Positions 7,943 to 18,100 of a stretch of 64,000 bases of DNA are shown here, piece by piece (position 1 is the first letter of the stretch; each line of letters begins with the position of its first letter). The notes below the pieces were generated by a model, which was not told where the DNA came from, made no database searches, and saw nothing but the letters and a program-made list of their open reading frames with translations. The stretch lies in the IMG/VR virus record IMGVR_UViG_3300030419_007131, positions 64,001 to 128,000 of that record, one strand, 5' to 3'. Both the position numbers and the translations under genes were made by a program. This DNA comes from a virus.

Positions 7943-10591
7943 TTATTCGCTAGGTTTTACTAACCCACTGTTCTTGAAAGTGATATTAAGATCTATTTTT
8001 CTTCCTGTTTTTTTGCTTGTCACGCGCAATCTAAACTTTTTGCCCCATACTCTATCAATATCGGGGGCGCCCAACAAGGTATTGGTGGGCGGCGCCACAT
8101 TCAACGCCGGAGCGCCCGGATTTGCTATCTCTGGGTCATAAATTACCTGACGCATTGCCGGCTCTACATATAAAAAGCGGCGCCCAGATTTATGAAAAGT
8201 TTGAGGTGTGCTCGGAAAATCGAAGATTTCTTGTGTGAAGAAAATCTTACCATTATTGTTGATCATTTCTATCTCATATATGTGCGTCGGATTAGATTTG
8301 TTTCCATGCATGTCGATAGAGCGCGCGCAATAGTAGTACTTTTGATTAGGCTTTATCTTGTCAATGTGCTCACCCGGAATACCATAAGTGGGATTTATGG
8401 TAGTCATTCGCCCCCCTAAAAAGTCCGTATATTTTTCTGGCGCCACGTCAAGTCTGAAAATCTCATACCAATCTACTGGGTCATCGCTCTTAAACGTCAG
8501 TTTCTCGGCGTCCGGTGATGTCATGATCTCCCCGTATGTAAGCGGCATGCCAGTTTGAGCCAGGTATTCTTCTTCAATGTAGGTCCTATCTTCGTCCAAA
8601 ATTGCCACTGGCTTGGAGCTAAGTTCGCCCGTGCTTGAGTTAAGCAGTATCCTAATCTGGTTGTCCACCCCCCGGGCGGCGTAAAACGATACTTCAGGCG
8701 GTACCGGGGGCTTATCCATAATTGTTGTTGCCATTCCGCCCACCACGTAGGGCACGATCATGGCCTTAACGCTGGCATAATTGGATATCGAAACCGTTGC
8801 CGTATTCTTGCCCCACGTACCGGTCCGCTTTACGTTATCATATTCATATTCGTTTCCAAATACTAACATAACTCTATCAATATCATAAACGTATTTTTGA
8901 TTATATTTAACCTGTGAATCAAATAAAGTAGTAGGCATAAGTTGGGGAAACTGTTCAGAAATATAATAAGTCTGGATTGCTTCTTGAAGCAACCCGTTCA
9001 CCACAGGGCGTTTGCGCACAATATACATCAACGTCTCTGTATGACAACGCACACCTTCCAATATTTGATTGAACGTCTTTATAACCTGCGCGATATCTGC
9101 ACCGCCGCCTGGATCTTCCAATAGGTCCTTTTTAGCATTTAATACGTGTGAAGGGTTCACGATCATATCTTCTTCCGAACGCCTATAGTCTCGAAGGAGT
9201 CTAAATGGAGTCTCGGTAGCCGGAGGTGCCTGAGTGCTGGTAAAATCATTGAGCGACGCTGCCAAGTTGGCGGCAGAACTTGGCGAATTAGAGTCCAACA
9301 TGTCTTCGATTACCTGTTCTAAATCATAAATAACAGGATATTCCTGCAAGCCGGTCTGCAACGTATTCTTTCCTCTATTGTCATTGAACTTTTTCTTCCA
9401 GAACGTACGCTCGCAGGGAAGATTGTCTGCCACGCCTTCAGAAATCTTCATAATAGTATAATACTGAAGTATATCAATAAAGTCTTTGGTATCCGCGGAC
9501 CGGGCTAGCTTCCTTAACAGGTTAACATCCTTATTTAAGCCTGTTCGCGAGTCGGCATCGTATCCCATAACAAGTTTGGTATAAAACGGCATTGTCAGTG
9601 TTTGGATTTCCTGTTCTTGAAGAACTCCTAGATCTGAATACAGCACAGCAAAATTTCTATTTGTCTCATTTAGTGCTGTGTCTATAGCATTATATTCGGG
9701 TGTATTAAGAGTCATTTGAGATAGCTGCTGAGAATAAAGTTGATAATATTCTCCAACATTTGTTTCTGTCGCCGTCTGTGCATTCGACACCACAAACCAA
9801 TCTATTGTTTGATCTAATGTTAGGGCCGGGAGATGATAGGCCGCCAACAAGGTGCTGCTGGTATTGATTAATTCTGACTGAAGGTAATAAACATTGGGCA
9901 GGTGATACTCTTTGATCTTTGGGGGCGCGATCGTTGTTTCGTAAACCGGTACCGAAGCATCATAATAATTATAAACAGGCTCAATATACAAATTCATGCC
10001 CGATTCTGCGCGCATCTTTGCATCAGCAGAGGGAAGCCAAAACTGTGCGGTGTGGTCGCTGAGCGGTATGTCCATAAGATGGGTCAATACTCCATCAAAA
10101 GTGGTATCAATCCCAGAAAAAGAATACTCTCCCGAAATAAAATCATAAAACCGATTTGTCCAGCCACTGCCAACAAGAAAACCATTAGCGGCCGAGGACT
10201 TCTCTTTATACCTATTCCAATTATCCCACTCGCGGCCCAGGACTAAGGTTTCTTTGGTTCCTGTGTCTATATATGTATAATTTAAAACAGGCTTGCTGAT
10301 TTGAGTTCTCATGCGCCCGCCCTTGCGGGTATTGTAACGGCGGCCGTTCCATGCTTTTGATTTCATCGCCGTGGGAGATCCATAGTTATACAGTTTATCT
10401 CCTTTAGAACTATAATATGTGGTATAGTACTTTCCTAGTACGCCGCGTAGAGCATCAATGGTGCCCCAATCATTCCTTACCATTGGATGAGGGGACCCCG
10501 GGGGGAGGTCTAGTCTTCGATTTGGCCCTATTTGATCTGCGTCGACGATGAGAAGAAAGTCTTTATTTTCTGTTGGTTGTAATATGGCCAT
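7943..10591 (-). CDS. large hypothetical structural protein with a fibronectin-III-like C-terminal segment
   Basis: 882 aa. KPNQKYYYCARSIDMHGNKSNPT resembles an Fn3 strand motif. Translationally coupled within the structural block. Confidence 0.55.
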   Translation of the reverse strand: MAILQPTENKDFLLIVDADQIGPNRRLDLPPGSPHPMVRNDWGTIDALRGVLGKYYTTYYSSKGDKLYNYGSPTAMKSKAWNGRRYNTRKGGRMRTQISKPVLNYTYIDTGTKETLVLGREWDNWNRYKEKSSAANGFLVGSGWTNRFYDFISGEYSFSGIDTTFDGVLTHLMDIPLSDHTAQFWLPSADAKMRAESGMNLYIEPVYNYYDASVPVYETTIAPPKIKEYHLPNVYYLQSELINTSSTLLAAYHLPALTLDQTIDWFVVSNAQTATETNVGEYYQLYSQQLSQMTLNTPEYNAIDTALNETNRNFAVLYSDLGVLQEQEIQTLTMPFYTKLVMGYDADSRTGLNKDVNLLRKLARSADTKDFIDILQYYTIMKISEGVADNLPCERTFWKKKFNDNRGKNTLQTGLQEYPVIYDLEQVIEDMLDSNSPSSAANLAASLNDFTSTQAPPATETPFRLLRDYRRSEEDMIVNPSHVLNAKKDLLEDPGGGADIAQVIKTFNQILEGVRCHTETLMYIVRKRPVVNGLLQEAIQTYYISEQFPQLMPTTLFDSQVKYNQKYVYDIDRVMLVFGNEYEYDNVKRTGTWGKNTATVSISNYASVKAMIVPYVVGGMATTIMDKPPVPPEVSFYAARGVDNQIRILLNSSTGELSSKPVAILDEDRTYIEEEYLAQTGMPLTYGEIMTSPDAEKLTFKSDDPVDWYEIFRLDVAPEKYTDFLGGRMTTINPTYGIPGEHIDKIKPNQKYYYCARSIDMHGNKSNPTHIYEIEMINNNGKIFFTQEIFDFPSTPQTFHKSGRRFLYVEPAMRQVIYDPEIANPGAPALNVAPPTNTLLGAPDIDRVWGKKFRLRVTSKKTGRKIDLNITFKNSGLVKPSE

Positions 10592-13500
10592 TAGAATTTC
10601 CTACTCTTTTTGTTCTTCTTGTTGGAAGAGCCGTAACTCTGCTTATTGCTCTGCTTGTTGCTGGAGCCGCCGCTCTTTTGATCCTTCAAACTCTGATTCT
10701 GCCAGGAGCCCTGCTTATTGCTCTGCTTGTTGCTGGAGCCGCCGCTCTTTTGATCCTTCAAGCTCTGATTCTGCCAGGAGTTGTCTTGCTTTTCTTGATA
10801 TTTTTGCTGTCTTTGTTGCTGACCTAACTGATTTTGTTTATTTTTGTCATTTTGCTTTTGTTTGTTGTCCCGGTCGCGCTGTTGCTGGCGAGCGAGGTCT
10901 TCGGCCTCCTGGGCTGCGGCCTCTTCTTTGACCCTGGCTTCTTCTTTTTGTTGAGCGGCTATACGATCTCGTTCTCGTTTCGCAGCAAGGCGCCTTTGTC
11001 TGGCTTCCTCTTGCCTGGCGCGCTCTTTGCGCTCTGCCTCGGCTTTTCGTTCTGCTTCTTGCCGGGCCTTCTCTTTTCGCTCGCGGAGGATCCTCAGGGC
11101 CTCTGCTTTAGCTGCCGCGGCTGCAGCGGCCTTGCGGGCGCGTTCTTCTCGTATAAGACAATCCTTATATTCTTTCTGAAGCCACTCAAGATCCGCTATC
11201 AGATTGGCACGCTCTATTTGCAAATCCTCAAGTTCGTCGAGAGATGCCTTATACATTGAATAGGGTATTGGACCAGAAACCTTAGCATTCGGTCGCTGCT
11301 TCAGAGGCACTTCAGACCAATAGCGTGGTGGGGGCTCCAGGGCATCGATCCTCCTGCTCAAAGTTCTAATTTGATCGTTTACGCTGTTCATGTGCTTTTC
11401 TTGATCTTTGCAAGCTTCTTTTATCTTTCTCTGTTTGTCGGCCTTTGAAAATCGGGTTTTTCCCTTAGAAGGCGGAGGGAGTACTTCTTCTGGCATCGGA
11501 TACAGGGGGGCTTTCACTGCATACAAAGAAAGCGGACCTTGCTGCTCTAAAAGATTAGAGCCCGGGACCATTCCTCTCACGTCATACTCGCTCTCTTTAA
11601 GTTTCCTATTATAATCTCCCCCGCCGCTATAACCTTCGCGGATAGGACCCAAAGCAAATAAAGTGGCCAAAGGACGCAATCCCAAATCGCCGCGGACATT
11701 GACCGTGTTGGTTATTTGAACCAGTCGACATACTAAAGTGTCTTCGTTAGCTTCCGCAGCTTTGTGGGCCTCTTCGGTCATCGGAACCCAATTGGGAGCA
11801 GAAATGCCATAGAGATGATCGAAGCCCTCTAGATATTCTACTCTTACTAAAGATCCAAAGTTAATAACATTAGATAATGAATTAATCTGTGTGGTGATTT
11901 CTTCATTATCTTGAAGTTTGGCGCCGGCCAAAGAGCCTGCGATAGAACCCAAATTTTGAGGTCTCACTTCCTTAAACCCCGCCGCTTGCTTGTTGACAAT
12001 GGTATTAACAAGGGGCGAGTTGGCAAGTGTCGCACTAGTAAAAATTCCTTTAATATTAGACTGAATGGATCCTGTTTGTGCTGTTTTCGAAGTATTGGCT
12101 TCAGTAAATTTGGAGTCATTTGATAGCATATGTCGAGAGTCAGCTTCTTTGCTCTTTGTCAATCCTTTTGCGGCCACCAATTTACCTAAACTAATAGGGT
12201 ATGGTGTCGCCACAACTCCTATAGAATTTAAAATTGTCATTTTGTTCTTCTCGGAACTTAGAGACTTCTGAGGGTTCATAACTGATGTATTGGTATTGGT
12301 CTTGTTTCTCTGCAGTGAAGAAAGACTATCTGTACTAGCTTCAATACAGGTAGTCGGCACGCGTGCGAAGTTGTTAGATAGACTAACAGCCGCCGGGCTT
12401 AGGAACCCAAAAGCATTAATGCCCACGGCGTTGGGGTTGCTGACGGAGTACTTCTGTTTCTCTTCTTCAACACGGTCGACCATAACCCCGTAAGCCAAAG
12501 TAGGCATAACACCGAATGTATTTGTGAGCTTGCTATCCAAATAATCAAGGCCAACATTCCTGTTCCCTTGAATTTGAAACTTTGTTTTAAACTCCTTTTC
12601 CATCATAAGATATGGGGACCTTTTAACAGCTCGGACGCGGGACTTCTTCGCTCCTGAACGGTTTGTCTTGGGGCCGGTTTTGGACACCAATAAATCTGCT
12701 ATTTGGCCGACAACGTTTCGAATATGTTGAACTAGCAACCCATATCCATCGCCGCCGACAAGTGATTGATTAAACTTTGATGTCAGCGCAAGCAAATTTC
12801 GCTTCCAGTAGGGAACAGTAAATCCTAAAATCTCTTCTTTTCCAAATATAAACATTAAAGCCGCCATATATTGACTTACAAGCTTATTCCACGGGCCCTT
12901 ATGTTCCTTTTCGCGAGGCAGACCCTCGCATTGCTTGAGCGTAGTGTTCAGTTTTTCCAAAATGCCTTGCAGCGCATTCCGCGTTTCATCAATAACCAGC
13001 ACCTCTATTCTGTATTGCATGTGCCCTTCAGTATGGTTGATAGCGCTCCTATCCATGAAAGCAATATTTAAAACCTCTCCATCATTAGAGGTGCTAATAA
13101 TATCTAAATTATCTCCCAAAGACGCTACTTTTTTATACTGGTCGGTCTTTCCGGTCCCGCAAGGAGATTCTCCTTGATTTCCGGGCGTGAGAGAGTTCCC
13201 CTTCATAGTTTGGCCGGCCAGTTTAGAATAGACTACAATATCTTTTATTCGACAAGTGGAACTCAAAGACTCTCCAACTCTAAGAAACCGCCCGAACTCG
13301 GTATTGTCGCGAGCATATTCAAACAAATCGAAAGAAAAGAAACCATGAATGAGGCCATCGCCATTTCTGGATAAAGTGGGCTCCGATACATACGCAGAAA
13401 CAGCGTCTCTCAGGCTAACCGGAGGAAGAAAATCAAGCCTCAAACGATTGCTTGCATCAAGAATCCGCAGATCTATATTTTTGAAATTTGTAACATTCTG

Positions 13501-14196
13501 TGCCGTAACCATGGGATGCTTGGCTATTGTATGAACTGGGCCGGCCATAATTTTGTTATTCCCCAGGTACATATGGACTGCAGTAGGCCACAGAGAACCC
13601 CGAACCCCGAAGCCTTCCATTGTTTCTGCTAAACGAAACAGCTGGGTTCTCGGCGGAACAAGACCATTTTGTAAGATAGTATCCTGAAGCATGCTCATTT
13701 TTTTAACATCGATAGACCCTTTGTACTCCGCATAAGAAACAACCAACACATACACATTGGGGTTGTAGTTAATGACAAACTCCGCATCATAGGTCCAGTT
13801 CCATGTTGTTTGACCCGGGCGCGTGCCCAGGGGTGCTTTTTCTTTCCATTCTTTTTGCGGCAAACTCTTAGAGATAGTTGTTTTGAAGGATGCACTGGAT
13901 CTATAGATCTTGCCCGGGGACCATGGGCGGCGGCTTGGGGCGCCCTTTATAAATCTCACCAAATAGTCCTTATCATAACACAGCCTATTTAACATTTCAA
14001 TATCAGGACTAACCATTACAAAGTTCTTAAAATTTCCTACTCGCTGATTTCCTAGCGCCTTCTCGTTGGATATTTCCATGCGGATGTGCATGCGCCTAGG
14101 CACGCCGGCTGAGTAGCCAATGTCGCTAGAGATCGCCTGAATAGTGACAACCGGCGCAAACAAGCACGTTGAGTAGGGACCAAGTGAAACAGCCAT
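10591..14196 (-). CDS. large hypothetical structural protein with C-terminal coiled coil and Q/K/S/N-rich tail
   Basis: 1201 aa ORF. An E/R/A-rich coiled coil is followed by a low-complexity basic tail. Confidence 0.6.
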   Translation of the reverse strand: MAVSLGPYSTCLFAPVVTIQAISSDIGYSAGVPRRMHIRMEISNEKALGNQRVGNFKNFVMVSPDIEMLNRLCYDKDYLVRFIKGAPSRRPWSPGKIYRSSASFKTTISKSLPQKEWKEKAPLGTRPGQTTWNWTYDAEFVINYNPNVYVLVVSYAEYKGSIDVKKMSMLQDTILQNGLVPPRTQLFRLAETMEGFGVRGSLWPTAVHMYLGNNKIMAGPVHTIAKHPMVTAQNVTNFKNIDLRILDASNRLRLDFLPPVSLRDAVSAYVSEPTLSRNGDGLIHGFFSFDLFEYARDNTEFGRFLRVGESLSSTCRIKDIVVYSKLAGQTMKGNSLTPGNQGESPCGTGKTDQYKKVASLGDNLDIISTSNDGEVLNIAFMDRSAINHTEGHMQYRIEVLVIDETRNALQGILEKLNTTLKQCEGLPREKEHKGPWNKLVSQYMAALMFIFGKEEILGFTVPYWKRNLLALTSKFNQSLVGGDGYGLLVQHIRNVVGQIADLLVSKTGPKTNRSGAKKSRVRAVKRSPYLMMEKEFKTKFQIQGNRNVGLDYLDSKLTNTFGVMPTLAYGVMVDRVEEEKQKYSVSNPNAVGINAFGFLSPAAVSLSNNFARVPTTCIEASTDSLSSLQRNKTNTNTSVMNPQKSLSSEKNKMTILNSIGVVATPYPISLGKLVAAKGLTKSKEADSRHMLSNDSKFTEANTSKTAQTGSIQSNIKGIFTSATLANSPLVNTIVNKQAAGFKEVRPQNLGSIAGSLAGAKLQDNEEITTQINSLSNVINFGSLVRVEYLEGFDHLYGISAPNWVPMTEEAHKAAEANEDTLVCRLVQITNTVNVRGDLGLRPLATLFALGPIREGYSGGGDYNRKLKESEYDVRGMVPGSNLLEQQGPLSLYAVKAPLYPMPEEVLPPPSKGKTRFSKADKQRKIKEACKDQEKHMNSVNDQIRTLSRRIDALEPPPRYWSEVPLKQRPNAKVSGPIPYSMYKASLDELEDLQIERANLIADLEWLQKEYKDCLIREERARKAAAAAAAKAEALRILRERKEKARQEAERKAEAERKERARQEEARQRRLAAKRERDRIAAQQKEEARVKEEAAAQEAEDLARQQQRDRDNKQKQNDKNKQNQLGQQQRQQKYQEKQDNSWQNQSLKDQKSGGSSNKQSNKQGSWQNQSLKDQKSGGSSNKQSNKQSYGSSNKKNKKSRKF
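10639..10780. repeat. tandem repeat, 72-bp period, 2 copies (encodes SWQNQSLKDQKSGGSSNKQSNKQ)
   Basis: 10639-10708 vs 10711-10780: 70 bp with one mismatch (aaactc/aagctc). Confidence 0.9.
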
Positions 14197-14198
14197 TG

Positions 14199-15125
14199 TT
14201 AGCAGGGCTCCTCATTTTCATCGCCGGGCGCGCCTGTGCCCGCGGAATAAAGATCTCGATTAAGCTTCAATCTAGAGGCCGAAGTGGACAGGGCCTTCTC
14301 GCTTATATTTAGTTCCTCGATGACTTCTGGCGGAATTTCCTTATCTACTAAAACATTCATATAATACTCTACATTATCAGTAGTAGAAGCAGCAAAAGTC
14401 TGCACATCTTCAGGAGTATAAGCTTTCTGGATATACCCGGTCGAAGAAGAGTGAAAAACTTGAATATCGAAGTTCTCTTTAAGGAAATCAGTATTATTCT
14501 CATTTATTTCCATCATTAAATACTTCTCATTGAGGGCCAAAAAGATATCCGTATTGCCTATTCTCTCGCTAATGGAGATCGGTGAAAGTTGGGGATCCCC
14601 AGCTTTAAAATAAACCTCATAATCTACGGTGATATTCAACTGCGGGATGTTATTAATATACCCATCTTCATCCAAGTATGATACTGAAGATGAGATCTCA
14701 GGCTGAGACAGTAGTTGAAGCTGCCATGCGGCACTATATTGCGACAATAATGAAGCATTCCCTAAGGGATATGCATCTATTTTGCCAGTTTCTGCGAATA
14801 CAGGCTGTTTAAACGCCTCCACGTTTTCAGCGGGATCTGAATTAGTATTGCCGATTGCAGTCTGAAGATTGTTCAGGAACTTCGTTACACGCGTTTCGGC
14901 GCCAGTACGAGTAGGAATTATCTTAAGTTTGGGAGTCTCCTCTTGAATGCGCCCTTCTGACTGGTTTTGGTTTTCCACGTATCCAGACGCGGCCACATCA
15001 TACAGGATGTCGTCGTCAAAAAACGCATAATAGGCAGGGTCTAGTTTTCCTATTGCTAATGAATACTTGCCATATTCGGTAAGCACAAAATCTAGCACCT
15101 CTTCTTTTTTATTAAAAAATCCCAT
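14199..15125 (-). CDS. virion structural protein, paralog of 6958-7905
   Basis: 308 aa. MGFFNKKEEVLDFVLTEYGKYSL...YAFFDDDILYD aligns by eye with MGFLDNSGDIILDAVLTDLGRKRL...FAFGDDEIDY. Confidence 0.6.
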   Translation of the reverse strand: MGFFNKKEEVLDFVLTEYGKYSLAIGKLDPAYYAFFDDDILYDVAASGYVENQNQSEGRIQEETPKLKIIPTRTGAETRVTKFLNNLQTAIGNTNSDPAENVEAFKQPVFAETGKIDAYPLGNASLLSQYSAAWQLQLLSQPEISSSVSYLDEDGYINNIPQLNITVDYEVYFKAGDPQLSPISISERIGNTDIFLALNEKYLMMEINENNTDFLKENFDIQVFHSSSTGYIQKAYTPEDVQTFAASTTDNVEYYMNVLVDKEIPPEVIEELNISEKALSTSASRLKLNRDLYSAGTGAPGDENEEPC

Positions 15126-18100
15126 TACTTCCTACTCTTCTTGTTACTTGAATAACTACCACCAGATTTATTTCGTGACTTATTTTGTGTATAAGTGCCA
15201 GAACGCCGCTTACTTTGTTGGCTTTTCTTGTTACTCTTTTGTAACTGGCCGCGGCTCTGCTTCTTGTTGCTCTTCTTTGACTGTGATTTATCTTGTTTTT
15301 GATTCTTTCTAGATTTCCACGACTCGGTTGTTCGATCGACCTTATCTTGCTTCTGTTTCTGCTCTCTGTTCTGCGTTTTGGCGCCGGTCTTACTGCCAGA
15401 CTTCGAAGATCTCTTATTTTGATATCTGCTGCCGCTCTTGCCACCTGACTTCGAAGGCCCCTTGTCTTGGTATTTGCCGCCGCTCTTTCCGCCGGTTCGA
15501 CTCTTCCCGGTACCCTTATCATCAGTCCCACAATCAGCATCTGCCGTGCCCGGGGGTTGGTTGGGAGCTACACGACCAACAGGATCTGGCCTACGAATCG
15601 TAAGTTGTTCGCCCTCGCTAAGATCGAGGCCAATCTTCATATCTGCCGACACATACTGCACCTCTTCTTCAATCTTGGCAAGCTCAACTAAGGAGAAGTA
15701 ATCATACGGCCAATTGTAACTATAAGGCGTCGTAATTCGAGGTGTCAGAGCACTCACATTATCCGTGACCAAAGAGCGCCGATAGACTTCGAAATCTTTC
15801 TTGGCCTTCCGCTTGACCTTAAATACCAGCCACTGAATGTCATCCCCCTTATCCAAAATAAGGTCAACAAGTTCTTTTTCTTCCACTTCAGTCTCGGCGT
15901 GCTCAAATCTGTCGTCCAAATCGGGGGGGAGATTCTGCCAGATATCGGTGATATCTTTCTCGGTAAGTTTTGTGGAGAATTCAAATACATACATCAGAAT
16001 TGCATCTACTGTATCAAAGTCGACGAAGTTAAATCTTGGTGGGAATACATATTTGTCCATTGCGGCGACCAAGTTTTTATAAGTCTGTGAACGAGGGTCT
16101 GGCTGAGTAAATGATTCTAGAAGCTTTCCGTCTTTCGAGACTGTGCGCACCTCTTGTTCGGGGAACTTAATAAATTCTCGTCGATTCTTGATAGACTTGA
16201 ATGGAATGGCAACAATCGCTTCTTCAAGCTTGTACTCTTTCTTGGGTTTTCCAACGCGCTGGGGGGTTCCCACCTTGAATCCAACAACATCAGCCAGGGA
16301 CTCCCCGCTGCCATCTTCAAGCGTCACCCAGACGCCATCGCCGCCCGTACAGCGATTGCCATATTGGTGCCACATTCCGCGGGTTATCATCTGAGTAGCG
16401 CTTGCGGTGGCGTCGGTCTGAACATAACTTTCCGCAGGCACCGATCCAGTAGAAACCCCAGCAAAGTTCAGAATAGGAGTCTCAAACTTAGACTGGATTA
16501 ACCATCTGTCTTTCTGGGTGACGGTCTGATCCGGGACCTGTTGTAATCGTTCCAAAAGATTGAAAGAGTTATCTATTTGCATGCGGATGTCAGCGTTTGG
16601 ATCGCCAGCGCCGATGCTAGCATTCGCTGCATTAAGGTTGGGAGTGTATTCTTCTCTAAAAAATTCCGTAGTGGTATTAGAAATAATATCATTCAATGTA
16701 GGATAGCCACTTGAAGATGCACTATAAACAAACTTAACCGTCGCCGAACCATCATAGTAGGGAGGAGTAACGTGGGAAAAGCTTAAACTCCAGGGCCCGC
16801 CTTGCTTGTGGGGCAGACTGTTAACGGACGCGGCGCGGACTGACGCGCCTACAGGAGGACCAAAAGCACTACGTCGGGAATACATGTCAAATTTAACTTC
16901 GGCCGAAGAGCTTCGAGCGCACAAGGGATTTACATCGGAGCGATAGAGACGCATTACCATCGTATAGGTGGTTCCGTCTACAACCTTGCGGAAATTCTCT
17001 TCACGTGCAGACTGAAAATTTGTCAGCTCGCTCACAAACATATTGGTTGTTTCACATAAGAAATTATCAATAGCATGCTCATATAATGGACCATGCAGGG
17101 CGCAGGCGGGGGCGGAAAAAATATTGCGTTCTGGGGCAGAGCTGGATGCCACGCTTCCGGTAAACAAGAGGCCAAAGGCAAAGGCACCAGTGCTGGAGAC
17201 GCCCGGCGGGGTGCGCTCTTTTCTTAGCGATGCGGGGCCCCAGCTATAACTACTAGACGGGTGCCTATCAAGCAAGACGTTGAGGCGCCCATTTGGATAA
17301 TTAGAGAGGGCCGTCACATCTACAGAGGCGTCACGAGCGCCCCACTTGGTAATCCTAGTCTTAAGCCACTCATTTGAAAAATATTGTGTTGGATTGTATA
17401 AAGCTTCAAAAGGAAGCTGGGTCATCATGGCGGCCCCCAGTGACATGCCAAACGAGCTCAAGTCCTCAGTTTGAGGGCCCGAGCCCGAGCTTTGCCACAG
17501 AACATTGGCATCTTGGCCGTACGCCTCGAACCAGTTGCCGGGGTTTCCGCGATGAGTGCCGTAATAATTTCCATCTTTATCAACCGCTCTCTGGTCGCCA
17601 GCGCAAGCGAACTCGGGGACGAGGTCAGGGATGGCGTTACCAATTTGGGTGCCCATGAGTATGAAGTCGCTGGTAGCTAGGCCGGACTTAATTGTATTAA
17701 ATAAGATGCCCGGGGACATAAGAGGTTCCATAATTGGACGCAAAGGAAGACCTGGGGCAACCCGGGCAGTATGTGTAATATCAGCCGGGTCAGTAAATGT
17801 TCCTGTCATATAACATAATTGCGGCCCGTAGGACTGTGAGAAGATGCGAGCCAACTCCACCGTTCGTTCTGCTGGGTAAAACCCCCTATAAGGCACAAAC
17901 TTCAAAAGAGCGTCGCACTTTAAGGACACCTTGTCTCGCACAATCATGAGATCTCCAGATCGTTTTTCGTTTAAATCATCATCGACAACTTTAAAATATT
18001 TCAAGAAATCAGAATTTGTATAGGTCCTATAGAACCCCTCTTCCAAGCTGCTGCTGACGGCCGCACCCGAAAGTTCAAAAATATTATCTACCGGAGAAAG

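Noticed and set aside
10639-10780. Repeat considered as a CRISPR array or DGR template/variable repeat
   Set aside because: Only two adjacent in-frame coding copies with no spacers, and no reverse transcriptase in the window.
15112-15540. 142-aa alternative-frame ORF overlapping the tail of the giant protein (possible frameshift product)
   Set aside because: Low-complexity purine-rich DNA keeps alternative frames open. I saw no SD or slippery site, and the main frame ends in a TAATG coupling with the next gene.
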